This document shows positions 37,920-49,290 of a DNA stretch of 64,000 bases, in pieces (position 1 is the first letter of the stretch; the number at the start of each line of letters is the position of its first letter). A model generated the notes under the pieces. That model was not told where the DNA came from, made no database searches, and worked only from the letters and a program-made list of their open reading frames with translations. Both the position numbers and the translations under genes were made by a program. The DNA is from Callorhinchus milii (taxonomy: Eukaryota): contig NW_024704742.1 of the NCBI RefSeq assembly GCF_018977255.1, forward strand, positions 101,930,001 through 101,994,000, in the 5' to 3' direction.

Positions 37920-39073
37920 ATTGCACAAGGTTAAGGCCCACGGGATTAATGGGAACATATTAGCATGGATTGAAGAGTGGCTAACAGGTAGAAAACAGAG
38001 AGTAGGGATAAACGGGTCATTCTCGAATTGGCAGGATGTGACTAGTGGAGTGCCACAAGGATCAGTGCTTGAGCCTCTGCTATTTACAATTTACATCAAG
38101 GATTTAGACGAGGACATTGAATGTAACGTATCTAAATTCGCGGATGACACTAAACTAGGTGGGAGAGTAAGCTCTGAGGATGATGCAAAAAGATTGCAAC
38201 GGGATATAGATAGGCTCGGGGAGTGGGCGAGTAGGTGGCAGATGGAATTTAATGTGGGGAAGTATGAAGTTATTCACCTTGGTAGAAAAAATAGAAAAAC
38301 AGATTATTTTCTAGAGGGGGAGAGATTAGATAGTGTTAGTGTTCAGAGGGATTTGCATGTCCTTGTACACCAGTCTCAAAAAGTTAGTTTGCAGGTGCAA
38401 CAAGCAACTAAGAAGGCGAATGGCATGTTAGCGTTCATTGCAAAAGGTTTAGAGTACAAGAGTAGGGAAGTCTTGCTGCAACCGTATAGGGCCTTGGTGA
38501 GACCGCACCTGGAGTATTGTGTGCAGTTTTGGTCTCCTTATTTAAAAAAGGACATACTTGCCCTAGAGGGGGTGCAGCGTAGATTCACTCGGTTAGTTCC
38601 TGGGATGAGGGGACTGACCTATGAGGATAGGCTGAATAAACTAGGGCTGTATTCTCTAGAGTACAGAAGAATTAGGGGAGATCTTATTGAAACATATAAG
38701 ATTCTTAAAGGGCTGGTTAAAGTAGACACTGAGGGTCTGTTTCCCCTGGTAGGAGCATATATAACCAGGGGTCACAGTCTTAAAATTAAGGGTCAGCCTT
38801 TTAGAACAGAGTTGAGGAAACATTTCTTCACTCAGAGGACAGTGAATTTATGGAATTCACTATCCTAGAAGGCTGTAGATGCTCAGTCCTTGAACATCTC
38901 AAGGCTGAGACTGATAGATTTTTTAAAAATAGAGGGATTAGGGGATATGGGGAGAGGGCAGGTAATTAGAGTTAGGTCTGAAGATCAGCCATGATCGTAT
39001 TGAATGGCGAGGCAGGCTCGAGGGGCCGAATGGCCTACTCCTGCTCCTAATTCTTATGTTCTTATGTTCTTAT
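37920..39073 (+). mobile_element. Young 5'-truncated CR1 LINE (RT C-terminal half plus 3' UTR)
   Basis: Stop-free frame to 38868 with [17 protein letters not shown] and LVRPHLEYCVQFWSP. 3' UTR ggccgaatggcct and a (ttcttatg)n tail. Confidence 0.95.
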
Positions 39074-39847
39074 AATTCATTTTGTATGGGGCTCAACTAT
39101 ATTTTAAAAAGAATCCTGATTATATGTTTCTTTTTCTGGCTCTTTACAAACTAGCATTTGTAAAACAAAGCCTACTGCTGAATTTACTGTACAATATACT
39201 TGTAGTGTCAGCTAGTAAGCCACACACCAGGAGTGAAGATAATTACTAAGCACATCTGTTACTGCTACGATTGTGCGTGTAACTTCCCAGTGGAGTGTTG
39301 TTATTGTGACGCCAAAATTACAACTGCTGAACTCCAGACTAAGACTAACAGATTGGGTTTGCCTTGTACAGAGGTACTTCCAATATTGATAACATTTGAA
39401 TTTACCATATACTGTATATCAAAAACAAATGTTTTAGTAAAGTCTAAGTTGCTCCCATTTCTCTATGTCCCACTGTATGTACTAATGCCAGTTTTAAGGG
39501 GCACTCCCTTATTGAAGCTGCATTTGGCAAACCTTTGTTTAGGGAACGAGAAAAGCCACAATGACCCTCTATAATTCTGGTCAGACTTATGTCTTGTCTG
39601 AAGAATGCTGTTCAAAGTGATTTATATCATTGCACTGCGCATTTGTAAATAATCCTCAAAAAAGGTTTAACATCGAACTTTTGTACTAAGATAGTGAGCC
39701 TGAATTGTGAAATTGTCAGAAACTGCATGTAAAGCTATAGTGAAGATATGAGAATAGATGAATATTCTGCAGTTTTTGCTTCAATACTTTTGGGAATCAG
39801 GCATTATCCACGAAGAACTTTCCCCAGAAAATTGGCCAAAAATCCTT

Positions 39848-40160
39848 GTGGAGTCCTGTGGCTCAGTGGTTAGAGCACTCACCTTGCAAGCGAGATACCT
39901 GGGTTCAATTCCATGCAGGGCGAAACCTTGGGCAAGTTTCCTTACTCCACATGCCTTATAATAATCCCTCCAAAACAAAACAATAATAAATTGATCCTTT
40001 TCAATCCACGACTGTTTGTGGGACACTACTGTGCGCAATTGGCTGCCTTGTTTTGCCCACAAGTATACGGTCAATTACACTTTACAGTCTATTCTGTGAA
40101 GCGCTTTGAGACGTCGAGAAGACTTGAAAAGCGCTATATCAAATGCAAGGACTCTTATTA
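39848..40160 (+). mobile_element. Full-length tRNA-derived SINE, short form
   Basis: Complete head, body and tail. Confidence 0.92.
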
Positions 40161-41858
40161 TATCATGTCAACTACTCTCTTATGGGTTGCAGACTATGTC
40201 ACCATTCTGAGTTTGTGATGTGAGACGATTAGTGAAATAGTTCCCACAATAAATAATGTTTCATTGCATTATGAAATGTGGTAAATAATTCTGTATTCAT
40301 CACTGAGAGGTCGAGATGAATAGCCTAATTCTGCTGAGTTCCATCAACTGGACCCCAAACTGCTCACTGTTGTGATAAGTCACGATCATATGCAGATTAC
40401 TTTATCTTCTCCCTCCTCTCCCAATTTTCTCCCCTGTTTTCCTGAAGCCACTGACTCATGATGAGGTCTGTTTGTGCAGGAGGCAGTCCCTTCCTTCAAG
40501 ACTTTTCCAAATGGTCATTTTCTTTTAGGAACCTTGATTCTAGCCAAAGGTGGTCTCATAGCTAGGAGCTCTCAAGTCCTGTGACTTGCAAGAGATACTT
40601 GTAAAAAACTCACTTTACGTTGCTAAGGGTCCTTTCTGATCTTTACATCTTTTTGAACTTTTATTCAACTTCCCCGCCCCCCCCCACCCCAAATGTCAAC
40701 AGGGACACAACAGCCAAACCTGATACTAACCTCTTCTGTTACCTACACACATGGATTTTCCAGTAGAGAGCACTGAATAGCGACTGTGAGCAGGGACCCG
40801 GTCTTACTTATTTCCCCTCGCTCACTGGAGCACTGAGACCAGTTGCAGTGCCCTATAACAAAACTGGCTGCAATCAGCTAATTCAGGAAATCTGTTTTTC
40901 TCAATTTCACTTTGACAGTGGCTTTGCCAACTCAACCCTCTGTGGCACTCTCAATCACTTTTGATGGTATATTGTTCAGCTATTCAAAATGCTGTACTTT
41001 GCACCATTGGACATCGGATTGGTAACAATTATTATTTTTATAATTGGTTAGGAATAGAAGGAAGTATAATCTGAAATTTTAATATTAGACTAATTGTGGT
41101 GTGATCTTCCCCACTGTTTACATCAGAACACATTCCTCCATCATCTTGTAAAATGTCATAGCAGCTTCATATTTCAGTGAAATTTGGGAGGAAATAAATT
41201 GGCACCAGATGTAAGGCTGTTAATATTAATGTTCCTTTTTAGAGATGGATTTCTACCTTAATCCCTGAAGATAATTGTTTGAATATCACTTTATGGATGT
41301 TTGACAAGACCTATCCAGTGCAATGTTCCCAGGCTCTGTTTTAATCTTAAAAGGGTTTTGGGATGTGGCACCAAAGGATTTTTTATAGCTCTGTTTGCAC
41401 TGGAAATGTTTCTGCTTCCAAGTGGAATGAATGCAATGTGAAATAAAATTGAAATCTGGAAAATATATATATTATTTCCCAGGTAAGCACTCCGAGTCGC
41501 TGACCCATGTGAAGGGTGCTATGTAAATGCAAGTAGCTGTTGTTATTACAGAACTGAAGTGCAGTGCTCTCAATTTCTTGTGGTTTAGTTAATAATTAGT
41601 TTAATTTTCTCACTTTCATTTCTGTAAATTGGCTATCATGTTTGCCTACAAATACATAGAAAGTGAAGCACTTTGAGGGGTTTCGAAGTGATAAGGTGCC
41701 GTATTAAATACAAAGAGGATTATTATTATTGTGGAACTGTCAAATCAAGTGAATTGAATTTCACAGAAACATAGTTTATTATATATATAAGGTGTTAGAC
41801 GTTTTTTTTTAAAGTTAAACAAAATGTAAAAATAATGACTGCTTTGTTTGTTTTAAAG

Positions 41859-42051
41859 ACACCCTGAACTCGGAGCTGTTTGCCAGAGCCTTAGCACGTT
41901 AATCTTGTATCCTGGGGCAGAGGCAAATAATCTGGAAGAGTTAGAACTTGACCCATCACTGTCCCCATACAACATCATTATCATAGACGGGACATGGAGC
42001 CAGGCGAAGGGTATGTTTTATGGAAACTCCCTCTTCCACTTGCCGAAACAG
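41859..42051 (+). CDS. DTWD2: DTWD2 internal coding exon (equivalent to exon 4), 193 nt, contains the DTW-domain DGTW motif
   Basis: Acceptor tttgtttgttttaaag and donor CAG|gtgagt. The first A completes the split AGA (R), then [64 protein letters not shown]. Confidence 0.97.
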
Positions 42052-42433
42052 GTGAGTAGTGAACTCATCCTTCTGCATCTCTGAAAAGTAGATATTGGGA
42101 TCGCATTTACAATAATTGGGTTCAGTGGGTTCAGCTTCAACATACAAATCGTGATTATCGCTTGGGAATACAGAAAGCCATCATATTTTATGGTGCTCAA
42201 AAAAGTCTAATTATTGTTCCCAAAAGCCAACTGAGTGCAATGATAAAGGCCAGAGAGCAAATCAAATGGACACGTGTAGAGCCTAAGTGTTTTGTGTAGC
42301 TTTAGCTAAGTTAAATCCAAAATCAGGGAAGGCTATATCGTATGGTAACCAAGCACTGGGTGACACTGTCTCCAAACCAAGGTTGCCAGGATGATTGCTG
42401 CATTATTAAGTAGCAGGAAGAACGCCACTGTAT

Positions 42434-42653
42434 GGGTGGAATTTCATTTGGGTCTAGTTTTGCACTATTTATGTAGCATTTTAGAAAGCCCCAAAAATTT
42501 CTAAACACAGCCTTAATCTTAAAGCTGATTTTCAGTAAGTTCTTTTAAGAGCTGTAGGAAACAGACCTCAAACTGACTGAATTCAACAATTTGCAAGATT
42601 TTGGATGTTCTGCAGTGCTACATAAATAAGCTAAATGTGGTTGAATTTCTCCC
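42434..42653. mobile_element. MITE-like element; related copy at about 57711-57904
   Basis: Ends gggtggaatttca / tgaatttctccc. A perfect 13-bp subterminal inverted pair lies at 42466-42478 (tatttatgtagca) and 42616-42628 (tgctacataaata). The second copy shares ggaatttca...tttatgtagcattttagaa. Confidence 0.6.
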
Positions 42654-42721
42654 TTGTGGTAGGTAAAGGGTCAGTCCACTTGCTCTGTGAGCAACATTGA
42701 AATTTGCAGAGATAATTATTA

Positions 42722-43410
42722 TCCCCAATTATCCTTCCTCCCCCACATCCGGTCCCTCACCAGCACCTCCTTCTTCCACCTCTGACGCTTCGCCCGTCTC
42801 CACCAATACCTCTCCCCAAAAGCCGCTGAAACCCTGGTCCATGCCTTTGTCACCTCTCGGCTGGACTACTCTAATGCCCTCCTCGCTGGTCTCCCATCCA
42901 CTACCATTCATAAAATCCAAATCATTCAAAACTCTGCCGCCCGCATTCTCACCCGCACAAAACTTTGTTCCCCAATTACCCCAGTCCTTGCCAGACTGCA
43001 CTGGCTGCCTGTCCCAGAGAGGATCGATTTCAAGATCCTCACCCTTGTATTCAAGTCCCTGCACTCCTCTGCACCCCCCTATCTCTCTGACCTCCTCTCT
43101 TCTCAAAACAGTACCTGTTTCCTTTGTTCCTCTGGGTCTGGCCTCCTCCTCGTCCCCCGAGTCCCCCACTCCATCCTCAGTGGCCATGCCTTCAGCCACT
43201 CTGCCCCAAGGCTCTGGAACTGCCTTCCTCACTCCCTTCATCTCGCTCCCTCCCTTCCCATGTTCAGGTCTCTGCTGAAGACCTTTCTTTTCGACCTCGC
43301 TTTCCTCCCCCTCTCCCTGGCTCGGTTCCGGGATCCGTGACTGTAAAGTGCTGTGAGATGCCGTCTGGCGTGGAGGGCGCTATATAAATCCAAGTTGTTG
43401 TTGCTGTTGT
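42722..43410 (+). mobile_element. L2 3' fragment of a distinct subfamily
   Basis: AETLVHAFVTSRLDYSNALL...LHWLPV...RIDFKIL. Ends ggcgctatataaatccaag(TTG)n. Confidence 0.9.
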
Positions 43411-46400
43411 AGCTATATCAAATCACATTTTTTGGAAAAAAAGTTCAGTAATGTTTTGTCCTGTTTAATTGAGATCATGTCCCTCTTCAAATAGACTTGT
43501 ATATAAAGCGAAGCATGTATTAACATATGTCAGGTTGCTTATTAGAATAACTTTCATACTTCGGTAAGATCCTTCGGGGAGGAGGTTTGGGTTAAAACGG
43601 ATACTATATATTGGAGTCTGTTAGCAAAGGGATATTATTTTTTATTTAATACGTTACTGGTTTTTGTATATCAATGTTGCTGTGATATGTGATTCAAAAC
43701 AGCTCTGCAAATTCTACGTTCACAAATGCAAAAGCATCTCAATTCTCTCAGGCTGCACTCAGCTATCTTGTACAAAGTGCCAATGTCACTGGCTCACTGC
43801 ACAGTGGAATGCTGAGGCCTCCAGTTTCATAAATCATCACAATTTGTGACCTTTTGATATTTTGACATCCTGCAAAGTCCAATTGTACCCATCTCTGGGT
43901 GCCAGTTTAAAAACAGAGTAGGAATTCTTAACTGGGGTTCCTGAAGGAAAATGAAATGGAAGAAAATACATTGTCAAATAAGGGTAAAGAACAAGTTTGT
44001 CCTCATACAGCACCTTTCACACTGTGAGAACGTCTCAATGAGCTTTACAGAGAGTGAGTGGGAGCTCTGGGTGGGAGAGAGCTAAGGGCTGGGAGGGAGT
44101 AGGTATTTGGCTGAAAGTACAGTCAAAGAGAGAGGTCTTCAGGCAGAATTAGAAAGGGGAGAGTGAAGGGACAGCAGAAGTGAAGGAAATATTTTAGGAT
44201 GTTGTGAAAACTCTATTCAAGGTTTAATTCTCAGAAAAGTAAGAGTACCTTCGTGGAGTTAATTCTTCAATGTTTAAATTGAAGACATGTTCCACACAGC
44301 GTAGAGCGAATTCCACAAAACATTAAGAATCCATGAAGAGTGCTGTCTCCCCTGAAGCTGATATACCTGTTGTGATATCACAATATCAGAGTATGAGACA
44401 GGTCTCTATAATGGTTCTCATGTTATTTTTGTCTTAAATCTTATTCTTACCCATCATTATTCCTCCTTTAATCGATGTAGACTCTGCAAAGGCTTGAGGC
44501 AGGTAATCAGAGAGAACTGTGTATGTGTGAAATATTATTCTCACTCCGCATTACTCCTGCCTTAAGTCCCTCTAAGGCCTTGAGGGGATGTACGGCAGAC
44601 AGCTGGGTGTCTGAAGAATATATTTTCTTCAAAGAACAAAGCACAGTTTAGGTAAGGTAGTCTAGCATTATTCATTCACAGACTCCTTTACATAGTGTAG
44701 ATTACTACTTGAGTAACAACAGGAAGAGAGAGTCCCTTGCGGCGAGCCAAAATTCTAGCCAAACAAACTACTGCCTGGCTAAATAAGTTTTAAGGCTCCG
44801 ATATGTAGGATCTGGAATTTAGCTAATTCTCCTACCACACATAATATAATAACAATGATATGGTTGCAAAAGTGATATTACTGATTTAGCTGCCTTCAAA
44901 ATTTACAGTAGCTCCAAGTTATCAGAAATATGTGAGACCTCTAACCTTCATAAAGCATGTTTTGGGCTAGCTATTAAAACATTCTTACATATTGTTATTT
45001 AATGAAATCGGACAGTCTGTAGTTTTTATCATGGAATAATAGAGAAAGCATGATATGATTCTTGCATATGTATTAGAAATTCTGGAAAGAAGAACAACAA
45101 AATTACATTTGTATAGCCTTTTTGTTCTTAAGTAATTGAACCTTTGCTGAGTGGAGACATTTGCACAAATCAAGGATAGGTCAGTTGGACCAAGAGTGTG
45201 ATCATAATCATTTTCTCTCTTACGCTTTTGCTTCCTGAGTTATTGTTGAAGACCCCTTCTCCTCCTCCCATCCTCCATGTTAAGAACAGCATAGCAACAG
45301 TACTGTTCAATGGTGGTAACCATGCTGATCTCCTTGGGTATTGTTGCCAGGATTCTGTTACTGAACAAAGATAGGTTGGTGTTAGCTTTCCTACTTTTAA
45401 GGACTTTCAAGTACAAAACCTCGACTGCAAAATAGGTGATTAAGTATTTGTCGCTGCAGTTTGCAGATCAGTAACAAGTGATCAAGCTTTGACTTTTCTT
45501 TGATCGCCATGTTGCCGTATGTTAGAATAGCAATTGAATGCAATAATGAATATCTCACCGGAGGAGATGGTTCTGAATGTTTATATGGGCTTGAAACAAT
45601 CTTTCTGCCACCTGTAGTGCATCCTTTTTATGCAGCATCACATGGTGTATAATTGGAAGTGTGAAATGTGCTGCTGGTTCTATTGACCACAGCCTCTGGT
45701 CTCATAGTCTTCACTTTTTCATCTGGAAAAGGATAATGTTGCATTTTTTTTATTGTGTGTTTATGATTAAAGCCTATTTCTCACTGTGTTGCCTCAGTGA
45801 AGAAATTGTTTTTTTGATGGTTTTGCAGCTTTAAATTGCACTGTTCATAAACGTAGATTTTATTGAAAGGTTATGAATGGAAGCATAGAGGAGAATATGC
45901 TGAATCATTCATCCGAGGATAAGACATAAACAACCAAAATGACTAGTAGTAAATATAGCTGGAGCAATGTTTCATGATGCATTTTGTTTCCAGATGAGTC
46001 AAAATACAATTTATATTTTTATGCCAATCTGAGCCTGAAAATAATAAAAGAAGGATTCTTCTTCATCCTGAGAAAGAAGGAGATACACAATAAAGCCAAT
46101 AGCTTATGCTTGAAATCTGACAATTATTTTACACGTTCGCCAGACTTGAGTTGTTTTTTTATTGCTCTAACTATGCAGAAGTGGGGGCTTTTACATGATG
46201 TTGTCGTGTTGTCTTACTTTATCATAGCATGAATTTAATGAGTAGCATCTTGTTTAACATTATGTGACAAAATCTGAACTTTTCACTTGAGCCAAAAAGG
46301 ATTCTAAGGCCTGGGCTGAATTTATACTGTCAAAACTATTTAGTGTACTACCAGGAGAGCTTGCCTTAGTGCATAGCTTCTGTGATGCTGGAGACATTTC

Positions 46401-48224
46401 TGTGAATGTCACCTCCGCAGTGCCCTAGAAACAAACTCATTATGTGTCATGTACGTTAAAGATGGCCTTTCACTGAAATGCATTTGGTGGTGAGGAGCAT
46501 CCAGCAAATCTCAAAGCAGAAGCACAAAACGGCTCAGATACAATGTCTGGTTGCTCCTTAGTTCTCTTTTAATACGTTATGTGCTGTGATTGTTTCCAGA
46601 AGGCATGTTAATGAGGCAGCCTGACCGAGTCTTTTGATAATCATTTTAATAACAGCTTAGCTGTGGATTACTGCTGCTTCTTTGGTTGAATAGTTTGGAC
46701 GAAGTTTGTAGAGCAAAAAGTTTGTTAGAGAAGTTTGTTCTTGACATCTGGATTATGTTGGATTATTCTGGCAAGATTTGACATTAAATTCCCAAATCTA
46801 ATTTAAACAGAGGGAAATACGTCAACTTTGTAAATGTTAAAGGTTTGGCTTTCGGATGCATTTAGAAACCAATTGATATGACATTCACTTGATGGCTTGC
46901 ATTGCACATGCTAATACGTTTCTTAACCACAACTTGTTTTTGTATAGCGCCTTTCACATAAAGGAACATGGCAGAGCAGAGAAATGAGATTTAAATGTTG
47001 AACAAAAGCATGATCAAACAAATATGTTTGTAGAAAATGTTTAAAGACTGGGAGAATGCTTTGGATGAGAGTTGTAGAGAACAGCCACACAGTGGCTGAA
47101 GAAGGGAGAGAGCAGTATAAAGTATTACACATCATGACATTCCTGAGATGAAATGCCAGTGGTAGGAAGGGAAGAGCTCACAAACAACCATTAACCGACC
47201 AGGACACTGGGAGGGGGAAACGTCTTTTTCTGAATAATGCCATAGATCTTTAATGTCTGCCTGAACAGGTAAGCGAGACCTCAGTTTAACAATATGGTGC
47301 ATAAACCCGAAAACTTCTGACCCAGAGGCGAGTGCTACGGACTGCACCAAACTAACACACACTACTACCTCTGAAGATGTACCCATTGTAGTATTTTGAA
47401 GATAGGTCTAGAAAGAAAAATGTGCATTATTCATTTTTAGGTGTAAATTCTTAAACTATGTTGTCTTCTAAGCAGTAAATTTCCCAGCCTTCATTCCCTC
47501 CTTCTAATAGAGGGAAACCAATCATGGGGAGAAAAGATTCTTCCTACTTGATTCCTGTTAACTCTGGAAGCCAAACCACTAATGGGTAGGGTGGACAAGA
47601 AGGAAACATTCATCATAGTGGGCAAATAAATGGCACAGTAGACACAAAATCTACGCTATTTACATGTTGCTGACAAATCACAGATCCTTTGCAAAAAAAC
47701 ATCTATCAGTACGTATCAGTACCCCCGGTGAATCAAGAGATCAATTTCTAGTCAAAGGGAGTGCTGTAACAATTGAAGGAGAAATGTGCCTATTTTTAGT
47801 TCTTCCACAATGATCGAAGTAGCCTGTGTGTGCAGTAATAGCCGCTGTCAGTCAGAGTTCAGCTCCTGCCAGCTGTTCGCAGTGACTGGCAGCAAAATGT
47901 CTGAATGTTTCCACAGTACATCTGTCTGCCCTTCCAGAGCCTCAAACATGGAATGAAACAAAAAGCCTCAGGAAACTTGCAAAGTAGAGAACACAACACA
48001 TTTGTGTCTCAACTCCACATAAAAATCCACATGCAATATTTGTTGCAGAAAGAGATCCAATATCACACTAAAAAATTGTCTTACATATAATATATTAAAT
48101 AATATCTTGTTTAGTACAAAGTGTTTCATTAAAGTTATGCTCAAAAACATTTTTTAATTTGGCACTTTTTGACTAGATTAAACCGTGGTATTCAATAAGT
48201 AAATTACAACAACTTATAAATAAT

Positions 48225-48575
48225 AAGAATGATCCTAGCATTTGGTAGAGTGCCTTATTATATCGGAAGGATGTCTCAAATCGCTTCACAACATTTACTG
48301 TGAATTGGAGTGGCTGTCTATTTTGTAAGCCAAATTCGGCAGCACAATTGCACACAGAAATGTTCCACAAACAACCATGGAGTGAGTGATCAATTTTATT
48401 TAGGGCATTGTTGGCCAGGATACTGGGAGAAACTCCCTTCTTTTTTCAAATAGTGCCATGGAATCTTTTAACATTCAACTGAACAGACAGCTGGGATCTT
48501 GATTCAATATCTCATCTGAAGGACTGCACCTCCGACAATGCAACACCCCCTAGCACTGCATCAAAGTGTCAGCAG
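48225..48575 (-). mobile_element. Deu-domain SINE
   Basis: Reverse complement has gcattgtcggaggtgcagtccttcagatgagatattgaatc...taaagattccatggcact...cctggccaaca. Confidence 0.8.
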
Positions 48576-48919
48576 ATACTGTGCAGGGAGAAGCGTGAGA
48601 TTATCCTAGGTTCAGTCGAAGAGTTAGGTTTAATAGAAATTTGAAGATAGACAGATAGGAGGAACGAGACAGAAAGGCGGAGGGAGGGAGTGTAAGAGGT
48701 TAGGTGTGTAGAATCTGAAAGTTAGGCTATAGATGGAGGCGCAGGTAGGACGGGGTCTTGCAACAAGCCCAAGGTAACCAAGTGGAGGAGGTTATCAAAG
48801 GAATGAGATAGGAGTAGATCAGAGAGCTAGGGAAGTGTTAAGGAGTGAAGGGATTTATAGGTGACAGTGAAGACCTTGAAATTTTTCCACTGGGAGCCAG
48901 TGAAGCTGCGATAATGATC

Positions 48920-49290
48920 ATAATAGTAATCCTTGTATTTGATATAGCGCCTTATCTGGTCTTCGAAACATCTCAAAGCGGCTTCACAGATATACTGTAA
49001 AGTGAATTGACTGTATATTTTGTGTGCGAAACGCTGCAGCCAATTGCCCATAGCAGTGTCCCATAAATTGAAGTGACCAATTTAAATTATGATTATTATT
49101 TTTTGGGGAAGGAATTATTACCCTGGAAAAGCAATTTGCATATCGGAACAATCGGGTTCCTATTTACTGCTAGGTAAACAGAGGCGTGTGGAGTAAGGAA
49201 ACTTGAGCAACATTTCACCCTGGCAGGAATAGAACCCAGGTCTCTCACTTGTGAGGCGAATGCTCTAACCACTGAGCAAAAGTATCCTCT
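48920..49290 (-). mobile_element. Full-length SINE (long form) inserted in an old L2 fragment (about 48600-49350)
   Basis: Reverse complement has head, cacacgcctctgtttacctagcagtaaatagg, body and tail. L2-like sequence lies on both sides. Confidence 0.85.

Noticed and set aside
37879..38868. 329-aa ORF as a domesticated reverse transcriptase
   Set aside because: It has no ATG start, the first codons come from an antisense SINE, the RT N-terminus is missing, and a standard CR1 tail follows.
42008..42016. Cryptic donor AGG|gtatgt inside exon 4
   Set aside because: It would frameshift the message, the canonical CAG|gtgagt donor is stronger, and the sequence gives no evidence of use.
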